Shown: piece after piece, positions 51,101 to 61,240 of the stretch
Numbering within the stretch: the stretch's first letter is position 1
Layout: the number at the start of each line of letters is the position of its first letter
Origin: Antedon mediterranea
Lineage: Eukaryota; Animalia; Echinodermata
DNA length: 64,000 nt
Reading direction: 5' to 3'
Assembly (NCBI RefSeq): GCF_964355755.1
Contig: NC_092670.1
Span: 20,322,795 to 20,386,794 of the forward strand
The notes under the pieces: model-generated
Told to the model about the DNA's origin: nothing
Seen by the model: the letters and a program-made list of their open reading frames with translations, nothing else
Database searches by the model: none
Position numbers and translations under genes: made by a program

Positions 51101-54100
51101 TCTTGTGTGTACATTCAGTCCATCTACACATCACTGACTGCCTGCCTCAAGGCCTAGTAACTCTAGATGATTAAAATGTCATATTTTTATATCAAGACAT
51201 CTTCGTTTATTTAAGTTATTCATTGGACATAAACTATATATTCTGAAGATTATATCGATATACTTAAGCAACAATAATCTAATGCTAAATTATCATTTAT
51301 TCTGACAATCATATTGATATAAAGTAATAATAATATGATATTAAGATTATGATCTATTCTGACGATACATATTTAAATATACCTATGTAATCAAATTAAC
51401 ACTAATGCAGTATAGTTTATTCTTAGAATTAGTGTATCTATATAGTGATTAAGTAACAATAATCTAGTACAGAATATTAAAATCTACATTTTATTTTGTG
51501 ATGTCATACTGTATCCATAAAAGTTAATACCAATAATCTATAGTTTTATATATCTCTTAAATCTAACCAAGATTAATATGAAATTAAGCTCATTCATAAA
51601 ATTTGTTTTTAAATGCTATATTGTTCAAATCCATACATAATATAGGTTGGAAATCTTTACAAATTTTAATTAAATGATGATATTTAACTGTTAAGATATT
51701 TTGAAATGATCGAGTTAATTTTATATTAAATTTTAATGAGTATTTTGTAAATTTTTCAAGATAATCTTTTGTAATTCGATATTTATTGCATGTATTTATT
51801 CTTGACAGCTTAGAACATTTGATTTTCAATCTTCTATTTCAACTTGTTATTGGTTTCCCATTGGAACTTGTTCATGGTACGAGAAGAATTGCAACTATAT
51901 TGTTCTTTGGAGTTTTAGCAGGTAAAGTATTAAATTGCAATTGGTTTACACTGTGCATATACGGTTTTATTATAATATTGTTATATAAGTTAAGTTTTTG
52001 TAACACAAATTCTATCCAAGTTTGTGTCAAAACTACCCTATCCTCTCCACCCAGGTGTATAAAATCGGTTAAATCAAGACACAACTTTATGAGAGTATGT
52101 TTTCATACATGTTTAATCCAAAAAATGACCAGGGTAATAATGTGCAGTGCATTGATAGCTTGCTTATTTGCGCTATAGAAGAATGAACTATTATTATTAT
52201 TAGTCTATGTTATAGTATAATAATATTTTTAAAATCAAAATTTTAGCACACATGGACCATGTCGATCCTGTGACTTGAGCTAGAACAAAAACACCCACTC
52301 GTGGCATTTGTAAAGCTCTGTCTACACTATGGCAAAAAAGTGCGATGTATCCAAATATGGTAGTGATATTCCCAAATATGGTAGTGATATGACATCATCG
52401 TGTCCATATATGGGACACATAAAGTTTGATAGTGTAGCAGAGCTTTAAGTTTGATAGTGTAGACAGAGCTTTAAGTTTGATAGTGTAGACAGAGCTTTAA
52501 GTTTGATAGTGTAGACAGAGCTTAAAGAACGTAAAGAGGCAATAACTAAAACTACCCCTTTTAGCCTTAAAAAAACATTTACCCTATGCAATCACCCTGT
52601 CATTGATGGCATAATATTTCCCTTCAAACCTCTCATATTTATTTAGAGGCAGTTTAAAGGAATGTTTTATTAAGTATGGAAGACAATCAATGTTTGAAAA
52701 AATGGGCACTCAGGGAAACACAACATTGGTACCCCATAATCACTAACTGTAACATAACCTTAGAGTTTTCCAAGTAATTTATGAGTCGGAAAGAAATTAA
52801 ACTTCAGAGAAGTAACTAATATTTTATATGTCGTCTTATGCTAGAATTAATTATATTTTTTCCATCTATGTCACATTTTTTTAAAATCAATGAAATTAAT
52901 TTTTTCTTCTAAGAAGAGCTACAATAAATGACTTATAATTCTCACTAGTAAAAATCATATTTTTCTAATTAGTAAATATAATACATTCTTAGAAGGAGGC
53001 TTACATATCGTAATTAGCAGTCAACCTTTATTATGTGTATTGATGACTGCATGTAACAAAAAACAGTTTCCAGGTAATTGCAACTTTTTCCACTAAGCAA
53101 TGATATTCGTTGAATCATTTCCCGCAATTGAATTATCTTATACCCAATGGCCGATTGATAATTTGAAATTATCATTAACTTTATAACACAAAGAGAAACA
53201 TTATTGCAAATGAAGGCCCAATGGGCCAAATTGCAATATATAAAAATTGTAATTTGAAATGTAAAAATATTAAATCTGTATAAAAATCACAAAACAATAT
53301 ACATTCAATTTCAGTAAAACACACAGCCAGCCATGATATGAAATAAACTTGCTGAAGACGCAATTTTCACTAACAGCGTAATTGAGAATGCATGATAACA
53401 ATTTGTTTCCTTATATCCCATTGTGTAGCAAGATTCAATTAGTATAATATAATTATTTCATTAGGGCGTTGAATTCTTCATAATTTAATTTAAAATTTTG
53501 TTAAATCAATGAAAAAAAATGTTTTACTCTTGTTGAAATATAAAATTCATTACCACAGTGTTGTTTTTATAAAAGACAATTTTTCACATTTTCATTAATT
53601 TGATTTTGATTGATTCATTCTGAGAAGAATGTGGATATTTATTTTACCTCTCGATGGTGTTCTATGATATTAATTTGGTCTGTTCTCACTCATTAATCTT
53701 TTTGAAATTATAAGTATAAATAACTGAAAATGGCATACAGTAAAAAAGTATACTTTTTGGACCCAAAAGAGTGTCCCCTTAATACTATAAATATGCTTTT
53801 AGTGTAATTGCCTCTTGTTTGTTTAACAATACACAGAGCATCCATGTTCAGTCAGTTTAGAAATAAAAAAGAACCCCACACAACTTGCAAGAGTAGGTAA
53901 ATATTTGTATTCATTGAGAAGGTATAATATTTGTATTTGTTAAAAACCTGACTGTCGTGTCCGCATCATAAAATAGAACCATAGAGATATTATATAATAT
54001 ATCTATGATAGAACAGTAAATCTTCTAACTCATGAAATATTCTCCCCATTCAACTCATGAAATATTCTCCACATTCAGCTCATGAAATATTCTCCCCATT

Positions 54101-57100
54101 CAACTCATGAAATATTCTCCCCATTCAACTCATTAAATATTCTCTTCATTCAACTCATGAAATATTCTCCCCATTCAACTCATGAAATATTCTCCCCATT
54201 CAGCTCATGAAATATTCTCCCCATTCAACTCATGAAATATTCTCCCCATTCAGCTCATGAAATATTCTCCCCATTCAGCTCATGAAATATTTTCCCCATT
54301 CAACTCCTGTAATATTCTCCCCATTCAGCTCATGAAATATTCTCCCCATTCAGCTCATGAAATATTCTCCCCATTCAACTCATGAAATATTCTCTTCATT
54401 CAACTCATGAAATATTCTCCCCATTCAACTCATGAAATATTCTCCCCATTCAACTCATGAGAATATTCTCCCCATTCAGCTCATGAAATATTCTCCCCAT
54501 TCAACTCATGAAATATTCTCCCCATTCAGCTCATGAAATATTCTCCCCATTCAACTCATGAAATATTCTCCCCATTCAACTCATGAAATATTATCCCCAT
54601 TCAACTCATGAAATATTCTCCCCATTCAGCTCATGAAATATTCTCCCCATTCAACTCATGAACCCCATTCAACACATGAAATATTCTCCCCATTCAACTC
54701 ATGAAATATTCTCCCTATTCAACTCCTGTAATATTTTCCCAATTCAACTCATAAACATTCATTATTTGTATAATATCATTGTGATCTTTACAGGTTTATA
54801 TAAATTATTATTTATCTGGTTTGAAATATTTGTGTTATCTTATGTATATCTTACATTGTAATTCTATTCTTTTTCTTTTTTTGATTTATGTATTTTCAGT
54901 GTTATAAGCTGAGTGGCTCAGAGTGTCTTCTGAGGCAATTACAGTTATTTTTATTCCATCAATAATAATAAAAAATTATTGAAACATAAATATTTAACAA
55001 ATCAATTAAAGATCAGATTGTTTATTTATATATGTCAACGATGACATCACTGGATTCTGTAAATAGCAATTTGTTATCCATGAGTGAGAAATGAATATTT
55101 TTATATAGTACCTACAAGCCCAGAATTACAGTGAACTTAAATAACCGCGATTGGCATTTATTTATGAGGATTTCCCCCTTTTTCACATAATGCCACTATA
55201 AAGCATTGGCCTGTTGTTAAGATTCAAATTTGTTTCATATTTTATCTATCAATTTTTTGTCTGTGAAATACCAACCTTTGACCTTTTTTGATGGTGTATT
55301 ATACCTGACATCTAAGATCGGCATACTGAGACTAACCATAGAACCAGCTGTGGTAATACTTTCACACATTTTAAACCCATCCACATTTTGCATAAAAGCG
55401 CGCTCACATTAGTTTAGGTTAAGCGAAAAAATAATTCTAATCTGATCGCAACATGATTTGTCCATTAGAGGTTTATGGTTCAAATCCTACAAGAAAATTC
55501 TATACTATATTTATGTATTTTGTTCGATATTTAATTATGACATCATATTGCATTCCAATTTTCTTTTCTATTTTACATTTTTTTTAAATATTTAAGCTCC
55601 AGTGTAAATTTAATACAATTATATCGCATAAAATATAATTTAAGATATCTGTAAAGAAGAAAATAATGATGAAATAAAATCAATTTTAATGCGCACTAAA
55701 GTTGCGTTCTGTAATACATTAGTTTATGTGGTATTCCCTAGGGCTAAGTTCATCATAAGCATATGAATTTAAAGTTGAAATAGAGTATTGTATAATAGAA
55801 TATTTAATTGAAGTTTAAATGTACAAGTGTTGAGGATAGGAATTAAGTTATGGAGTCATAGGCATCGGTAGAGTAAGGTTAGTGTTGGGGGAGGTAGGGA
55901 TGTTAAATCTTTCTTTATGTTCTTAAATTTTCTCTTAAGATTTGACAAAATAAATAAAGATTAGATTTCAGTTTAACTTATAAATCAACTCTCCCAATAC
56001 CAGACACCTTTAGGGTTGCCAATATGTGTGTTTTTCTGGAAAATTTGGTATTCGGAATGTGTTTTTAATGGTAAAAATGAATTTGAGATTGTTTGGACTT
56101 CAAGAAAATTCTAGTATTGGAGGAGTTTCCCGTTTTAAAAGAAGTCAGGGATTGGGAGAGTTGAGTGTACCATAAAATAAATTAAATGAAACATGTAAAT
56201 TATCTTATTTAAACCCTTCTATTGTTTTTGAAATTGTCCCGTAAAAATGTCTTCGGCCTATATTTATATTCTTGTGTTTGTTGTCGAAAAATAAACACAC
56301 ATATATGTAAATGCATACTATTATAAAAAATTAAATATTGCAGCAATACTTCTATTAACCTCTAACTCCTATGAAAAATTTTTTTAGCCCCCAATATTTT
56401 ACTGATTTTGTAAGATTTGTGATCATTTTTGCTTATTCGATGATAAAACAACCAGAGGGAACATAAATTGAAAAAAAAATATTTTGTAGATTTCCTATAT
56501 TTTAAGTATTTGAAATGTGCTGCATTATAGCCACTGTTCGCCACATATATTCCGTCTCATTTTCATACAGTTAACGTATTTGTTTCTACTTTGAAAGAAA
56601 GTGAATTATATTCTTTACCATCGATAATTATTTATCGTTCGTGATATGTCATTTAGCGGTGGCTCATGGGAAATTGGTGATGATCGCTCATGCAGACACT
56701 TGGTCTGTCATGCATCATTGCACATTCACAATCAAAAATGAGTTTTTTTTTAGCAAAGCTTGGTTTGTAAAAATACTGTAAAAACAACAAAAATAAATTG
56801 AATTTGTGATTTGGTACGTTCCGCATATTCCGCCGGATTTTGAATGTTTGCTCCGTTATATAGAAAATAAGATTTTGAATCATCATCTTCTCATTTTGTT
56901 ACCACCATTGTATATTACATCAGCTTTTATTACCAAACTGTTTTAGTAGTATAATACTGATATTGTATAAACTTGCATATCTCCACAATGTATCATAATG
57001 GATAATTGTGATTCCTATATTTCAAATTAAATTCAGAAGGAAATCAAATTTAGCATCATACATTTTAATGGTATATTTGCGAGTGGAAATATTCCATATT

Positions 57101-60100
57101 ATTTCATATTCATAGTTTTGCTTTGTGAAAATATACAAAGGCCATACAGGAATTGTGAACATTGTTTTATGCAATTTGGTAAAGCTCTGTCTACAGTATC
57201 AAACTAGAAAGCCACTCCGAGAGTGCATACCTCCGTCTACTGTAAAATTATCCTACATAAGATTCTCCGGTAAAAAAAAATATATATTTGTGTGTGTCTT
57301 AATGCTGTTTGTGATTTAGGCTAATTTCACTACCTACAAGCATGTGTATGCGAGTTTGGTTTAATGGTTATGTAACAAGCCTTTCAATTAACAATAGCTT
57401 CAGTTGACTAACAATAGAACAGCAACGCAAAAATCAAACGAGTGAATTTGAAAAGAAAATAGGTTTTTTAAACTACTGGCATCAAAAAACGTGCACATTA
57501 AATCAAATTATGTTTTAAAATTACAAATCACAAATTATAACTCTTGCCTCTTGTACAAAAATGAAGTTTTTTGGACAAGTAGTTCTCGAGAAAATGCAAT
57601 TTCAGTATACTTGTTACTTTAAGACTGCTCGCCGGCTTTTGAAAATTGTCTCCTATCTTTTAACACTAGCCGGTCTGAAAATAATATCATTTTTGTTATT
57701 TGTGAAGTTATTAATAAACCAATTTTGTTGATTTTCAATAGGCATGGTCTGAAAGTACATAACTATCTACACCCAAAAATTCAGAACGATAACTTGAAAA
57801 CTGTAGGCGCTATCGTGCCAACAAACAAACAAACAAACAAACAAACATACATACAAACATACATACATATATACATACATACATACATACAAACAAAGTG
57901 AATACTATACTTGGCAAAATTCTTTTTGCCAAGTAACAAACACACGCTACCGATTACATATACCTCCTTGGCGGAGGTAAACTAGTTAGACAAAAAGGTG
58001 ATGTGCCCAAATATGGTAGTGATATGTGGTTGTGAGATATGATGTCATTGTGTCTATATATAGACACATCACATTTTTTGTCACAAAGTTTGATAGTGTA
58101 GACATAGCTTTAGTTATGTATGTATACATCATATCTTCTCTTGTGAGTCCATGTCATTGTTTCTAAGAACACATCCTTTCACGAAGAAAGCAGGAGTGTT
58201 GATGTGTTCCTGCATCAAACGTAACTTATGCGCATCATCCACGTTTTGAGTGAGTAGTCTGTTGTGACCTCAAATTTTAGGCTAGACAGTGATTCCAGCT
58301 CAAGCATAGGTATGACATGCCATGTGTGCCAAAATTGTAACGAATATTAATCTGAATCGCCAGAACCTAGAGTACTGCACTAGCTATACGTATACTTGTT
58401 TATTCTTTCAGGTTCTATGGGGTCGTCTGTATTTGATCCTTCAAGTTATGCATGTGGTATATCAGCCGGTGTCTATGCTTTGATGGCAGGCCATCTAGCA
58501 AACAGACTAACAGTAAGCAATAATGAGTTTAGTACCAGACAAACTTGATGATAGTTGTAGATGTGTAATTACTACTACTAAAATTTTGTCTACACTATCA
58601 AACTTTATGTGACAACAAAATGTGATGTGCTCATATATGGACATGATGATGTCATATCACTACCATATTCGTACATATCGCTGCCATATTTGGGCACATC
58701 ATATTTTTTTGTCATAAAGTTTTTAGATAGAGCTTAAGTCAGAGTAGGATAAAATATTTAACAAAATCCAAACAAACTCTTTATATTTATGATTTATATG
58801 CTACACTATCTACTTATATACACATATATGAAGTGCTTTTTGGCTAACCATAACAAGTAGAGCTTGTCCATTATTCTGCATTCATTTATGAACCTCAAGT
58901 GCTCTTGATGTCTTTATAACTGTTTTTAAAACTGATTGCAGCCATCCAAGTGTTTAATGTCAATAGCCATTTTAAGCTTTGTCTACACTATCAAACTAGT
59001 TTGATGTGCCCAAATATGGTAGTGATATGTTTAAATATGGTAGTGATATGTTGTCATCATGTCCATATATGGGCACATCACATTTTCTTGTCACATAAAG
59101 TTTGATAGTCTAGACAGAGTTTTAAGAAGTGTTTTCTGGTATTTGTTTCTGACTATGTATAATTTAGCTGAATATTTCTCTTTTGCAGCATTATTCTAGA
59201 ATCCGTGATGGTGCAATAAAATTAGGAATTATTATTATATTTGGTGAGTATAGTTTTTTTAATTTTTCCCATATAAACCAGTCTATAAATTATCAAAAGC
59301 GGGCACTAGATACAAGTTCGTATTATAATACAATTGTACTCCTAAAACTATGCATATACGATGTAACAAGGTAAAATGATCTGCACTACAAAACACCTTC
59401 TGAGCTTCGTTCATTAAAGTTTAGACAATCTGATATCGTTTCAAGCCACATATATCCAGAATTTTTACATATTACTTGATCGTGAGTGGACATGGCTATT
59501 TATACTATGACACTGTAATACGATCTGATGAAGGAAATTGCATGAAAGAAAAAAAGAACTTGTCTTCACTATTATTTTACCGTTTTATTATGTTGATTTA
59601 TTTAGTGATGTAATTAAAGAAAAACTAGTGAATATTGTATGTTAATACGAATTTACACCAATATGAACATCTTCACTTTAGTATCTCCACCCCTTTCATT
59701 TAAGAAGGAACCTTTTCAACCAAAATGCTACACAGAACCATGGCTGTACATTCATAAATGTTGTTGGAAAAAAACACCGTAACGTTTCTAAGATTTCCCT
59801 TAAAAAATGTGCCGATACTACTACTTCTATTATTGTTAAAAATAAGGTTCTATTGTATGAGTTAAGATTTGTATATATTACGTATTTCAGATTTTCTTGT
59901 TTTTTTTAAAACTAATAATCGCATGTCTAAACCATTTCTTAAGTATGTATTTTCGCCATACAAACCAATAAGCTGTTTATTTAATTATTTACTATTTTCC
60001 TCACTAAATTTTTCTTGAAAATAAATTGGTTGGTTTTAACTTAATTTATAAAGTTTATAGAGTTGTGCTAGATTGAATGTTTATAATGTTTTACTGTTTT

Positions 60101-60478
60101 CTCTGATTTTGTCTGTTTTAATCTATGAGCATTTGTTAACTATGTATTTGAATTATACAAGACCTTTAAACAAATTCTTTAATGATTCTTTACTATCTTT
60201 TTTTAGCAAGTGCCGATTTCGGTGTTGCTGTTTGGCGACGTTTTTCCAATGACGCACTCTTAGCAATTTCGTTTGTTCCACATTTGATGGGAGTAGTTAT
60301 AGGTTTGACCTTTGGTCTTCTAATTTTACGGAACTACGATCAGAAACTACATGAGCGGTTTACAATGTGGATAGCAATGATGTTGTGGTGTTTAACCATG
60401 TTGTTTGTTGTTTTATGGAATGTATTTTATAAATCAAATTTAAACGGTGGTTTGATGCCGACGGAATTACCGGATTGA
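24188..60478 (+). CDS. RHBDL3: EF-hand rhomboid intramembrane serine protease (RHBDL1/RHBDL3, Rhomboid-4 type), ~421 aa; exons 24188-24340, 26617-26640, 45131-45295, 48113-48346, 50352-50500, 51809-51921, 58412-58512, 59189-59243, 60207-60478
   Basis: KWKPLFEK/FDVNGDGKIS (EF-hand), MSEKRSLSF, CMPPVLII, QLWRFCTYFVFHAG-LEHLIFN..GFPLELVHG, CGISAGVYALMAGHLAN (catalytic Ser), SFVPHLMG (catalytic His), LRNYDQKLHE..WNVF. Exon phases are consistent (1266 nt). The first coding exon is the least certain. A probable non-coding exon ends at the donor after 22691. The symbol denotes the RHBDL1/3 co-ortholog group. Confidence 0.9.
24365..24526 (+). mobile_element. MITE family A (Harbinger-like, TIR agctctgtctacactatcaaact, internal 21-bp repeats)
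   Basis: Same family as the copies at 25168, 27543, 39684, 44229, 45389, 52314, 57183, 58581 and 58975, and a fragment at 9758. Flanks are TAA/TTA. Confidence 0.8.
25168..25398 (+). mobile_element. MITE family A copy with ~5 internal catatcactaccatatttggg repeats
   Basis: Direct similarity to the other copies, with an expanded internal tandem array. Confidence 0.8.
25816..26303 (-). mobile_element. Helentron-associated non-autonomous element (HINE/DINE-1-like)
   Basis: Terminal hairpin acctccttggcggaggt, (acaa)n microsatellite, sub-terminal inverted copy ctccgcc, stem-loop and ctag at the other end. It sits in an A/T run with no TSD. Confidence 0.7.
27543..27790 (+). mobile_element. MITE family A copy interrupted by a hammerhead-bearing insert (~27598-27680)
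   Basis: The family consensus atgtgccc-atatatggacat is split by a foreign ~83-bp segment bordered by (AT)n. Confidence 0.8.
27631..27675 (+). ncRNA. Minimal type I hammerhead ribozyme (Penelope/retrozyme type)
   Basis: ctgca-CTGACGA-gatct aata agatc-GAAA-cag ta ctg-TT-tgcag. Stem I is ctgca/tgcag, stem II is gatct/agatc, stem III is the palindrome ACAGTACTGT, and the NUH triplet is GUU (predicted cut after 27670). Confidence 0.85.
29112..29730. repeat. Minisatellite, 12 copies of 49/52-bp units
   Basis: Unit cagagatggtgtttgtacgttatggatacagcagacactgttatcaatc plus a 52-bp variant (agagacagacaccgttatcaatt). Confidence 0.97.
31669..31869. mobile_element. 201-bp MITE with 15-bp perfect TIRs and 6-bp TSD
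   Basis: ggacct-[caggccttgtctttt ... aaaagacaaggcctg]-ggacct. Confidence 0.85.
32858..33463 (-). mobile_element. HINE/DINE-like element, second subfamily, carrying a tRNA-like segment
   Basis: Ends actagagggtactccgagagtacaaacctccgcc ... (ac)n/(acaa)n ... acctccttggtggaggtaa. Internal duplicated block tttggtgagaatcggataaaaactgtgg. A/B boxes at 33003-33070. Confidence 0.7.
35560..37030. repeat. Pyrimidine-rich minisatellite, ~67-68-bp unit, ~21 copies
   Basis: Unit attttcttcaccagtttattaatttaaacttttccatcttttctttatcatcttctttccctatctcc. Confidence 0.97.
38878..38950 (+). mobile_element. Degenerate tRNA-derived SINE head
   Basis: A box TAGCGTAGTGG and B box-like AGTTCGAGCC; no intact cloverleaf. 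Confidence 0.45.
39271..39546. mobile_element. Tc1/mariner-like MITE with TA flanks and very AT-rich interior
   Basis: ta-[tgaggcgccaa ... ttggcgcctca]-ta. Confidence 0.6.
39684..39843 (-). mobile_element. MITE family A, near-complete copy
   Basis: Both TIRs present, TTA flanks. Confidence 0.85.
41448..41877 (+). mobile_element. HINE/DINE-like element (same family as 25816-26303, opposite orientation)
   Basis: ttacctccgccaaggaggt ... (tgtt/tatg)n ... ggcggaggtatgcactctcgaagtggc. Confidence 0.75.
44229..44365 (-). mobile_element. MITE family A, one end truncated
   Basis: Direct similarity to the other copies. Confidence 0.8.
45389..45502 (-). mobile_element. MITE family A, internally deleted copy with duplicated left end
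   Basis: aggtctgtctccactatcaaactagatt occurs twice, followed by gtgtagacagagct. Confidence 0.75.
48495..48692 (+). mobile_element. Degenerate SINE with Nin/Deu-domain-like core
   Basis: gggatgtaaagatgttggtc...gcacaataaagaacttagtacacttttcggaaaagagta resembles the Nin/Deu SINE core as I remember it. A related fragment lies near 45588-45640. Confidence 0.45.
48899..48958 (-). mobile_element. tRNA-derived SINE head
   Basis: Minus strand ggtgacttgatggttatgatgc...cctgggttcaaattctg (A/B boxes). Confidence 0.45.
52314..52522 (-). mobile_element. MITE family A with its terminus amplified into 4 tandem 26-bp copies
   Basis: (aagtttgatagtgtagacagagcttt)x4 at ~52422-52523. Confidence 0.85.
53980..54007. 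mobile_element. 28-bp palindrome with 7-bp TSD (transposon footprint)
   Basis: atagaac-[catagagatattatataatatatctatg]-atagaac. Confidence 0.75.
54025..54755. repeat. Minisatellite, 25-bp unit caactcatgaaatattctccccatt, ~28 copies
   Basis: Seen directly; caactc and cagctc variants are interspersed. Confidence 0.97.
55985..56164. mobile_element. 180-bp MITE-like element with 14-bp TIRs
   Basis: tcaactctcccaat ... attgggagagttga. A partial relative lies at ~30915-31005. No clear TSD. Confidence 0.65.
57183..58109. mobile_element. Nested locus: MITE family A split by a chimeric HINE-like element (57202-57980)
   Basis: The MITE left TIR ends near 57203 and resumes near 57980 (actagttagacaaaaagg...gtgtagacatagct). 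The inserted element has the same ends as 25816-26303. Confidence 0.85.
58581..58734 (+). mobile_element. MITE family A copy
   Basis: Direct similarity to the other copies. Confidence 0.8.
58975..59121 (-). mobile_element. MITE family A copy
   Basis: Both TIRs present, TTA flanks; inverted relative to the 58581 copy in the same intron. Confidence 0.85.
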
Positions 60479-60659
60479 AGGGACGAAAGTCGGTTTAATA
60501 ATTGATTTCTATAAGATGTTATAGCCCATTCTTACTATGGATTGTTACGGTCAGAGGATTTTATGGAGTTGTGAAGATAATGAACTAACTTGTACCATGT
60601 TCCTGGTGAAAAGAGGTCCAATCGGCATCACAATACCTGGATTGAAAGAGAGAATGCTC

Positions 60660-61240
60660 TATGGTTTTAACCAGACATGATCTCTATTAGATCATTTACA
60701 GTGACATTTATGGTTGGACCAGCGTAAATATCTATGTTGAATCATTTAGTAAAATATGATTTTAATCAGTAAATATGAATATCTCTATGCCAGGTTCAAC
60801 CTGTGAGTTTAAATATCTCTAATGTTGGACCAATAGGTATGAATATCTCTATGATTAAACCAGTGAGTTTGAATATCTCTATGCCAGGTTCGACCAGTGA
60901 GTTTGAATATCTCTGATGTTGGACCAATAGGTATGAATATCTCTATGATTGAAACAGTGACTGAGAATATATCTATGGTGAGACCAATAATTATAAATAT
61001 CTCGTATCTGGATCAGTGAATTTGGATATCTATATGGTTTAACCAGTCTAGTGTATATAGATATCGCTATGGTGAGAGAGTAAACTTTATGGTAATAGGA
61101 GTATTAACTCACTTGCCTCCTAAATCACTTAAAGGTAAGAACCACTGAGTGTAAATCCCACTGTGGCTGAATATGAATATATCTGAACCACTGATTGAAT
61201 ATCTCTATGGTTAGACCATAGACCTCTATGGTTAGACCGG
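60660..61240. repeat. Degenerate ~30-bp tandem repeat (gaatatctctatggttagaccagtgagttt-like) just 3' of the rhomboid stop
   Basis: atatctctatg and accagtgag recur; a ~94-bp three-monomer block is duplicated at ~60777 and ~60871. Confidence 0.8.

Noticed and set aside
54025-54755. Regular short repeats that superficially resemble a CRISPR array (also 29112-29730 and 1368-1635)
   Set aside because: The units are contiguous with no unique spacers, there are no cas genes, and the context is a eukaryotic intron.
21810-59545. Other CTGANGA matches (near 21813, 26794, 48376, 51243, 59525)
   Set aside because: None is followed by a stem II plus GAAA with closing stems, so they are not hammerheads.
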